A DNA stretch of 64,000 nucleotides from Eledone cirrhosa. Taxonomy: Eukaryota. A program made the translations under genes and the position numbers. The stretch lies in NCBI GenBank assembly GCA_964016885.1, contig OZ024740.1, positions 356,252,001 to 356,316,000 of the forward strand, written 5' to 3'. Each line of letters opens with the position of its first letter. Position 1 is the stretch's first letter. The notes beneath the pieces are model-generated. The model was not told where the DNA came from. It ran no database searches and saw only the letters and a program-made list of their open reading frames with translations. Positions 55,176 to 64,000 of the stretch are shown in pieces.

Positions 55176-55529
55176 TATACATTATGTCAACACCATAACA
55201 TGCTAACCATCCAAACAGACACATACACAAATAACACCTTCTACTTTAGAAAATAAAAACCTGAACTAAATAAACCTTAATATACGTTTGCACTGACAAT
55301 ACAACAGAACAAATACGAATAAGTAAGGAAAATATGTTCATTCAAAAATATTCCTACTAAAGGAATCATTTTCCTACACAAACACACACACACACACAAT
55401 ATATATATATATTCTTTTCATCTTAATATGCTAATCATACTCCCACACACATAACACTCATACACACACATAACACCCATATACACACACAACTCCCTCC
55501 CCCATTTCTACTAATAGAATCATCTTCCA

Positions 55530-55560
<31 letters not shown>

Positions 55561-55564
55561 AGCA

Positions 55565-56533
55565 CACAAATAAACATACACATCTTTACTTTCTTTACTT
55601 CAATAGAAAATCGGAATTCTGACACCCCAGCGAACTAACCATATTCACTGAACCAGAACATTTCTCCCATCCAATTTCTCTTGACCATTATCTTTTGCTT
55701 GTCAAAACATTCTCTAAAAAGGCACAGAATAGATTTCCAAATAAGGGCGCGAAAATTTAATGAAAACTTGTTCACGTAACAGCCATAATTTCATTTATAA
55801 CCAATCAAATTACATTTATTAAAAAAAGCCTTCGTGACCCCCCCTTTTTTAAGTAAAAAGAAATTCAAACACACACACACAACACACACACACACAAGCA
55901 CACAAATAAACATACATATCTTTACTTTCTTTATTCAATAGAAAATCTGAATTCTGACACCCCAGCGAACTAACCATATTCACTGAACCAGAACAATTCT
56001 ACTATCCAATTTCTCTTGACCATTATCTTTTGCTTGTCATAAAATTCTCTAAAAAGGCTACAGAATAGATTTCCAAATAAGGGCGCGAAAATTTAATGAA
56101 AACTTGTTCACGTAACAGCCATAATTTCATTTATAACCAATCAAATTACATTTATTAAAAAAAGCCTTCGTGACCCCCCTTTTTTTAAGTAAAAAGAAAT
56201 TCAAACACACACACACAACACACACACAAGCACACAAATAAACATACATATCTTTACTTTCTTTATTCAATAGAAAATCTGAATTCTGACACCCCAGCGA
56301 ACTAACCATATTCACTGAACCAGAACAATTCTACTATCCAATTTCTCTTGACCATTATCTTTTGCTTGTCATAAAATTCTCTAAAAAGGCTACAGAATAG
56401 ATTTCCAAATAAGGGCGCGAAAATTTAATGAAAACTTGTTCACGTGACAGCCATAATTTCATTTATAACCAATCAAAGCCTTCGTGAGCCCCCCCTTTTT
56501 TTTAAGTAAAAAGAAATTCAAACATACACACAC

Positions 56534-56564
<31 letters not shown>

Positions 56565-56865
56565 GCACACAAATAAACATACATATCTTTACTTTCTTTA
56601 TTCAATAGAAAATCTGAATTCTGACACCCCAGCGAACTAACCAGAACATTTCTCCCATCCAATTTCTCTTGACCATTATCTTATTCTTGTCATAAAATTC
56701 TCTAAAAAGGCTTCAGAATAGATTTCCAAATAAGGGCGCGAAAATTTAATGAAAACTTGTTCACGTAACAGCCATACTTTCATTTATAACAAATCAAATT
56801 ACGTTTATTAAAAAAAAGCCTTCGTGAGCCCCCTTTTGTTTAAGTAAAAAGAAATTCAAACACTC
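55565..56865 (+). repeat. pLTR3: four ~300-330-bp subrepeats
   Basis: Units start at ~55565, 55900, 56232 and 56568. Confidence 0.9.
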
Positions 56866-57077
56866 ATATATGAAAAAACAACCTGTGGCACCCCCCTCCC
56901 TTGTTTGAAGAACTTTGTAACGCGAACTGGCGCGAAATTTATTATGATTATTGACCAACCAATCAAATTACTTCTCGAAAAACCTGGCATTTCGAGCCAC
57001 TTTTTCCATATAAAACAAGTAATTTTCAGAGACCAACCAGATGTGAGAAAAACCACAGACCCTCCATCTCAACTCTA

Positions 57078-57114
57078 CTTTTGAAAAGCAGAAGAACTGC
57101 GAAACCGGTAAAGG
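57078..57114 (+). ncRNA. Minimal hammerhead ribozyme, UUGAAAA core (pLTR3)
   Basis: ctt TTGAAAA gcag aagaa ctgc GAAA ccgg TA aag; stem I ctt/aag pairs correctly in this copy. Confidence 0.7.
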
Positions 57115-57252
57115 AACCAAATAAATATATATATATTTTTTTAAAATAAGACTTCAGTTGCATTTTTGATTTCAGCTTTTTTTCTTTATACTTTCACTCG
57201 TGTAGGACACCTCGGTTATTTTTCATTTTGTAAAAAAAAACCCACTTTCTAA

Positions 57253-57480
<228 letters not shown>

Positions 57481-58221
57481 TCTGTGTTTGTGTGAACACG
57501 TTTCATATATGTATACAAACAGATGACAACAGCATGCAAAACAAATGAATTAAAACCGAAATAATAAAATTATATAGGGCAGAAAACATTGAGAGAATTG
57601 AAAGAAAATAAGAGACTAGATTGAAAACAAATAGAGTAATTATTGACAATGAAAAAATAGGAAAAAGAGGAAAAATACACTACAAAGAGAAAAATGTAAT
57701 GTGAATAAATAGAAGGAAGAATCGTAATGAAGGAATTGAAAAAAAACAACAAACCAAAGAAACAAGCAAGCAAAAAAAAAGAAGAAAAACATTACAATCA
57801 ATCAGAAAAACAATGATTGGAATAGCTGATGAAACAATATATGTGTTCTACAGTTTGTTGGTTGATAGGATGATCACAACATTTAGCTGAAGATGTTGTA
57901 GTATGTCGGTATTTATCTATGAACAATCCCCCCCCCCCACATATATATATTAATATTGTTGCTCTGAAATAGCGTTGTATACATGAATGTATGTATTGTA
58001 TATTTGTCAATATACCGTATGTTTAATCAAAAACATTTAGAAGACCTTTCGCTATCAGTTTTAAAGTGGTGACTATGTCATTTACTTATTTTCGGCGAAA
58101 ATAAGTAAGAGTCATAGTCACCACTTCAAAACTGATTGAGAATGGTCTTCTAAATATTTTAAATTAAACATACGGTATATTGACAAATATACAATACATA
58201 CATTGCATTCATATATAAATT

Positions 58222-58231
<10 letters not shown>

Positions 58232-58252
<21 letters not shown>

Positions 58253-58256
58253 ATGT

Positions 58257-58340
<84 letters not shown>
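58232..58340. repeat. (TG)n microsatellite
   Basis: Directly visible. Confidence 0.95.
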
Positions 58341-58343
<3 letters not shown>

Positions 58344-60365
58344 ACAAGTAAGCATGTCTTGAAACAGGGAGCGCGTTTGAAAATAGAAATAGAAGCTTTC
58401 GCCATATATTTGACTAGAGAAACTTTAGCCTGATAGAAATGGAAAAGGATGAGTAATCAAGTTTAATATAGAAATGGTTTCTGTAGGATTAGAACTGTTT
58501 CATTGAAAACAAATCACGCACACACACACACATATATATATAAAGTTAACTTTTTCTGGAAGTGCTGATAAACAGTTTGGTGAATACCCTTGCCGATAAA
58601 ACATCATCTTTTGAGTAATCTCATAAGCCTCATTAATGCATAATGCATAGTAACCATGGAGGACTCCGGAGTTTTAAAAAATACGCATGTAAATAATTAT
58701 TTAAACAAAAATATGAAGATAAATAACCACAAGTATATTAAAGAACTTCGTTTGAAAGGTACTTGACATCTTGATTCTTATGATTTAAGCCATGTTTAAA
58801 TAAATATCCATAGCATATACTAGTCATATTAACTGCAGTTATTTACATGTTATAAACCAATCCCTATTTTCAAGAAAATTGCTATTATACCAACAATGAT
58901 AGCGCTCTAACCAAATATGTGACATTGTTTTGTGTTGCTTCTATCACTAGCATATAGTTCGCAATATTCTGTGAAGTACATTTGCGCATTTAATATAGTT
59001 CCATGTCAAGATATATTTTGGTAATTTTCTTGTCGAGACTGTCTACTTTGCACGAATAATTGTTCACCTCTCTGCACGTAGTACATTCCACTGGAATTGC
59101 TATCCAAATTTGTTTCATTGTCTCTGATAACTGTATTTAAATAAATTCCTGTCTTGAAGTGATAAACCTATAACTATTGTTCATTCAAAAGACGATCAAG
59201 AAACCATCGTTTCCAAAAACTTAATCACAATCAAATTATGTAATTTGTCTGCCAAGATGATAGAATATCCATGCCTATCGCACGCACATGAATATTATTC
59301 TTCATACTTTAGTGCATCGTGTACGTGAACCAGAATTCAGCTATCCATCCCCTCTTGATTTTAGTCACGCTTGAGGATGCTCAAAACAATAGACTTCATG
59401 GTTTATCCTAATATACCATTTACAGCATTGGCTGAAGGCTAGTTGAACTATTATACCATAGAATTAAATGCATTGGATGCCCACACAATTGCTTATCAGT
59501 TTGGGTTTTTTCTGTCACTTTTCTGCCCACTCCATTATTTTTCCGTGTAGACATTATTATCAAAATGCTTGGTATGCATGTGTCTTCCAGCTTTATGACA
59601 ACCTGCAGCTGTATGACATACCGTGAGGTATGAATATCCCGTCGGCATATCCCATGAATGGCAGTGATGTTGATAGTGGACGGATATTGGACGATGACAT
59701 CACTATGCAGGCGTACATTAAAATGGATTTCTCTTTCATGGAATATTCAAGATATTTCAGAAAGTTAGAATTCATGTGTGGTAACTGAAGCTCCCCAAAG
59801 TCTACGGGGAAAAGAGAAAATGTTTGTCTCATGTAAAAAGAACTCAGCCAAATCAACCTAGTGTTATTTCTAGTACAACTGGTGACTATCAGGGACTTTC
59901 TCGGTCGTTTGCAGACATGTTTATGGATACAGTGTGCTGTTAATGTCAGGATAAAGATTATTAAAATTTTGTATGGCTGTCAATCCCCACCCGTATTGAC
60001 TAAGTTGACTCTCTTCTGCAGGGAAACAAGGAAAGAAAGGGGTAACTGAAAAAATATTGAAATAACATTTTAAAATGTATTGTTCCGCAGTCAATATAAT
60101 GCATTGTGCAGAATGGTTTAAATGTTCCCCTCTCCCTTGAGAACTGTAAAGTTTGTTTTCTTTAATATTCAAATATTTCCTATATTGCAATGTAAAATGT
60201 AAATTTCTGCTTCTTAGCTAAAAACTCACTTTCAATAAGAGGATTAGAAATTGAAAAATGTAAAAGAGAAAATTAGAAGGTTTAAGGAAAAAAATTGGTA
60301 AAGTAGGAAGGAATAACAGAATAATGTAAGAGAGAGAAAAAGAGAGAGAAAGAGAGAGAGAGAGA

Positions 60366-60407
<42 letters not shown>

Positions 60408-60905
60408 TAGAGAGAGAGATTTCATTTCATATATATTTTTGTTATTTTCAAACATATAATTTTCAAGGTATTATTTATTTAGTGTTGATTTTTGATATTA
60501 TATCCTGCTTTGTTAGTTTAAAACATGACTTTTATATTTTATCCGTAATACTTCAATATTTTTTCTTTAATAATAGTATCTTTATACACAATTTCTTTAT
60601 TGAATTCTTTAAAATGAATGGATATAGGTGATTGAATTGTCCCTAGAATATTTGATGAATGTCGTCGGGCATGAATGTAATGCTACTCTATAAAAAATCT
60701 AATGAATTAAATCTAATCTTAATTTCTTTTGAACAAGCCCAAGGCCAAATATTATGTGGTTAGAGGTTTGATTGAATGAATTATATTCAACAATATTTTA
60801 TTGGTTTTCATAATTTTAAAGAATTTTATATTTATTTTATAGATTTTTAACCGTCTAATGGCAAGACCGAACATGTTAACAGTGGGGGGAAGAGATATAT
60901 AGATA

Positions 60906-61285
60906 GATTTCTTTATTAGCCACAGGGGCACAAAAGAAGGGGACAAATACAAAGGGGGAAGTTTACATACAATAAAAACGTGTAAAATGTTATCACAGAT
61001 GGAATTTAAAAGTTAGTCGATTTTCCCCAATAGAGGGAGACAGTTTATATGGGTAACACATACCCCCGAAAAAAAATGTGCAACCCTCATCTCCAGGAGT
61101 ACGAAGAGCTTGTACTCCTTTCCTCTCCTCCTCCTTTTCCTCAACCTACAGGCTGATATAGAGAGAAGGCCCATTCACTCGGGCCATTCTCGCCACTTTC
61201 ACCCACCTTTCATAAAACTTGCTGGGGTACAGCACCTCTCTCTCCATCCTGATTCTTCTTCCAAAGTGGTATTTGAAAAAAAGAA
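60906..61285 (-). mobile_element. Tx1-like LINE 3' fragment (same family as 36053-37232)
   Basis: Reverse complement matches 36855-37230 (gagagagaggtgct..accccag...gaatgggccttctct; cccctgtggc.aataaagaa). Confidence 0.78.
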
Positions 61286-61293
61286 TCAGATAG

Positions 61294-61329
<36 letters not shown>

Positions 61330-61802
61330 GTGAGTGTGTGTGTGAGAGAGAGAGAGACAGACAGAGAGAGAAGCCGATGATATAGAGCTTTTGGTCAAGT
61401 ATCTGACTTCTATTACTGAGACTCACTTCATTCAGGTAACTAATCAGATAAAGACATTTATGTCTACAACTGAATATTGGTATTTATTCGTTCATTCTGA
61501 CCAGATGACTAGATAATCTTCAATCATAACCTGTAATTCTTTATATAAACCTATATCAAATATATGTTATTGTTGTTCTAAATACAATTGAATGCTTTTC
61601 GAGATATTTTCTTCAGAGAATTGAACTAAAAATATTCAAAGGAAACTTATTTTCGTTCGATTGCATCGAAGTGTTACGTACATATAAGTTAGCAGTTCGT
61701 TAGCCCTAACAAGATCAGCTGTATAGTTTAACTCGTATAACCACCGCTACTAGCGAAATTCTAAAACGCCTGCTAACAGGCCTGAGATATTGTTCTATAA
61801 GT

Positions 61803-61985
61803 TAATTGTTTCTACTTTAGGCACAAGGCCAGCAATTACTCAGTGCATTACTGGTACTTTATTTTATCGACCCCGTAAGGATGAAAGGCAAAGTCAACCT
61901 CGGCAGGATTTGAACTCAGATCGTAAAGGGACGTAACTATGCTGGACAGCATGGCGCCCGACCCTCTACCGATACTGCCAATCCA
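61803..61985 (-). mobile_element. tRNA-derived SINE, full length
   Basis: A/B boxes and the conserved central domain. Confidence 0.85.
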
Positions 61986-63065
61986 AGTTAATTATCGAAA
62001 TATAGTTTCAGGCACTTCGAATGTATTTGTGACATATACATGTTTTGCGTTTCGTTTGGCTGTGCTTTATTTTGTTCTGTACTTTATAAGTCAGGCATAA
62101 AACTGTGATAATAAAACTAAAATTCTTTGCTGTTCAGTGAGTGTTTAAAACGTTGCCTCAGTCAAAGATTGTAGACCAATTGCTTAGATAAAGTTCATTA
62201 ATATGCAGATCAATAACTGTTTAAAGTATTAAACAATAAAGCATTAAAATCATCGTGTAAGCCATAGTAGGTTCGTTTATGGACAGGATAATGAATTCTG
62301 CATTGCGTCCCTTTCCTAGTTATTTTCCTAGTTATTTTCCAAGTTATTTTCTGAGACGGTACATGAGACTAACATATTATCATGGGGAAGATTGATAACT
62401 TACCCATTTAATTACCTAAAGGTCATATTGACCACTGAAATTATGCATCACTGTAATTAGTAAGGCATTTATACTTGCTTTTACTGTTAAATATGAAAAA
62501 TGAAGATTAAATCGTCTAAATGGTAATCAAATGATCGCAAATATCTGCATTGTTAGAATACTGGTCAAACGAAACAAAACGTTGTTGAGTTGATTGTTCT
62601 AATCCAGCTATTGATAGTACTCGGTCTCCATTGCAACACTCAGTCCATCTGATTGTTAGTAGATACTATAGATATTTATAGATAACAACTTGGCATTAGA
62701 GAGTTTTATTAGTTGGCAGTGCCGACATCTTTTCCCATAGGAGAAATGTCAGTGATAAAAAACAAAGAATCAGTAATTGTATATCTGTCGTCTGGTAACT
62801 TTTCTCAACAAATTTGAAACATAACTGCTTGGAACTGCTTGGACCTCAAATAAATAAATTGAGATCAACAATTTACGAGTTATACGACTCAGAGGAATAC
62901 AACGGGGACCTATAGTTTTCATTATCTAGTTGGATACATAAGTAATAAAAATTAAAACAACTCGGATACTACACTATATTTTTCATTCATTCAGATACTA
63001 CTAAAATATATTACATTTCCGAAATAATGTGAAAAGATAGATTTACCAAACAAAAATCATTAGCT

Positions 63066-63109
<44 letters not shown>

Positions 63110-63110
63110 C

Positions 63111-63159
<49 letters not shown>

Positions 63160-63464
63160 ACATCAGTTATAATAGTGGCCTATAGCGGTACGTAATTTTG
63201 GTTAGGTTGTTTATACTAACTCATTCAGCTTGCCATAATAAAATATATATTCATTTAGATGTAGGCAGATGCAAGAATGGTTACTTAATATCGAAGTAGA
63301 GTTTGATAATATACTTTATTGTGGTTAAGTAATGCATCCTTTTACTCTGGAGTTTTACCTGTACACTCACAGATTAATCAGACAGGTGGAACTCAAGAGT
63401 AACAAGACTTATCGCTTAGCTATAATAAAGAATATTGTATTATAATAATAATAGCAATAAGGGT

Positions 63465-63715
63465 GATGGCTTGGCAGTATTGGCACTTTACATTCTGATT
63501 TTAAATCCTGCCTAGATTAGCATTGCCTTTTGTCCTTACGGGGTTGATATAATAAAGTACCGGTAACGCACAGGAGTTGATTTAATCGAAATTCCCCTAC
63601 TCTCAAGATTTCTGGCCTTGTGTCTATAGTAGAAATCAATATTTTTATTATTGTGGTGGTTCGGCAGAATCGTTAGAGCACCGGGCACAATGCTTTGTGG
63701 CATGTAGTTACAGCG
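63465..63715 (+). mobile_element. Degenerate SINE plus the head of a second copy, after (AAT)n
   Basis: tggcagtattgg, gattttaaatcc, gccttttgtccttacggggttgata; second head tcggcagaatcgttagagc. Confidence 0.65.
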
Positions 63716-64000
63716 TCTTAGCTTTAATAAATTGATTGAATCAATTTATCTATGATTTCATTTGCTTCATTAATCTCTTTATTACGCAGTGTTAATGTAA
63801 AATCATATTAGATATTTGTTTGTGTTTCAATATAATCCAAACTCTAGTTCAAGATTCTGTCAACCAAAAGAAGATATTTAAAAGGGTGAAGGAAATGAAA
63901 AATACAATTACTTGACATTATAATATTATCAACAACATTCATTAACATGGACATAACTTGTCATCGAAATCAGTTTAGTGTCATATTCTGTAACCTCGTT

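Noticed and set aside
55565-56865. Repeat-spacer look of the 300-bp units, CRISPR-like
   Set aside because: Eukaryotic context, long units, the variable part is just (CA)n length, and there are no cas genes.
58600-60050. Moderately complex unique sequence, possibly a decayed DNA transposon or exons
   Set aside because: No recognisable motif in the frames I translated. A BLASTx or HMM search would be needed.

Overview
This is AT-rich, microsatellite-dense animal non-coding DNA. The SINE families and repeat style resemble an octopod cephalopod (inference). No host protein-coding gene is supported, and most entries in the ORF track are translated microsatellites. The window is dominated by Penelope-like retroelements (PLEs) nested in (TA)n tracts. 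These comprise three distinct Hydra-type copies (12.6-14.7, 15.2-18.3 and 21.0-24.9 kb), a Neptune-type tandem of two 4.87-kb units (45.6-57.25 kb), and many short non-coding PLE-like ends. Reading by eye gave about 14 type-I hammerhead ribozyme (HHR) motifs from about 9 sequence families, plus half-motifs. Several have non-canonical cores (UUGAGAA, UUGAAAA, UUGAUGA, CCGAAGA), palindromic stem III or very long stem II. Many are followed by AATAAA, a short tail and (TA)n. Other features are tRNA-derived SINEs (often in head-to-tail triads), Tx1-, RTE- and CR1/L2-type LINE 3' fragments, fold-back elements, a 5'-inverted LINE fragment, and a 1.5-kb local duplication fused to a PLE 5' end. All structures were derived by eye; no alignment, folding or database search was run.
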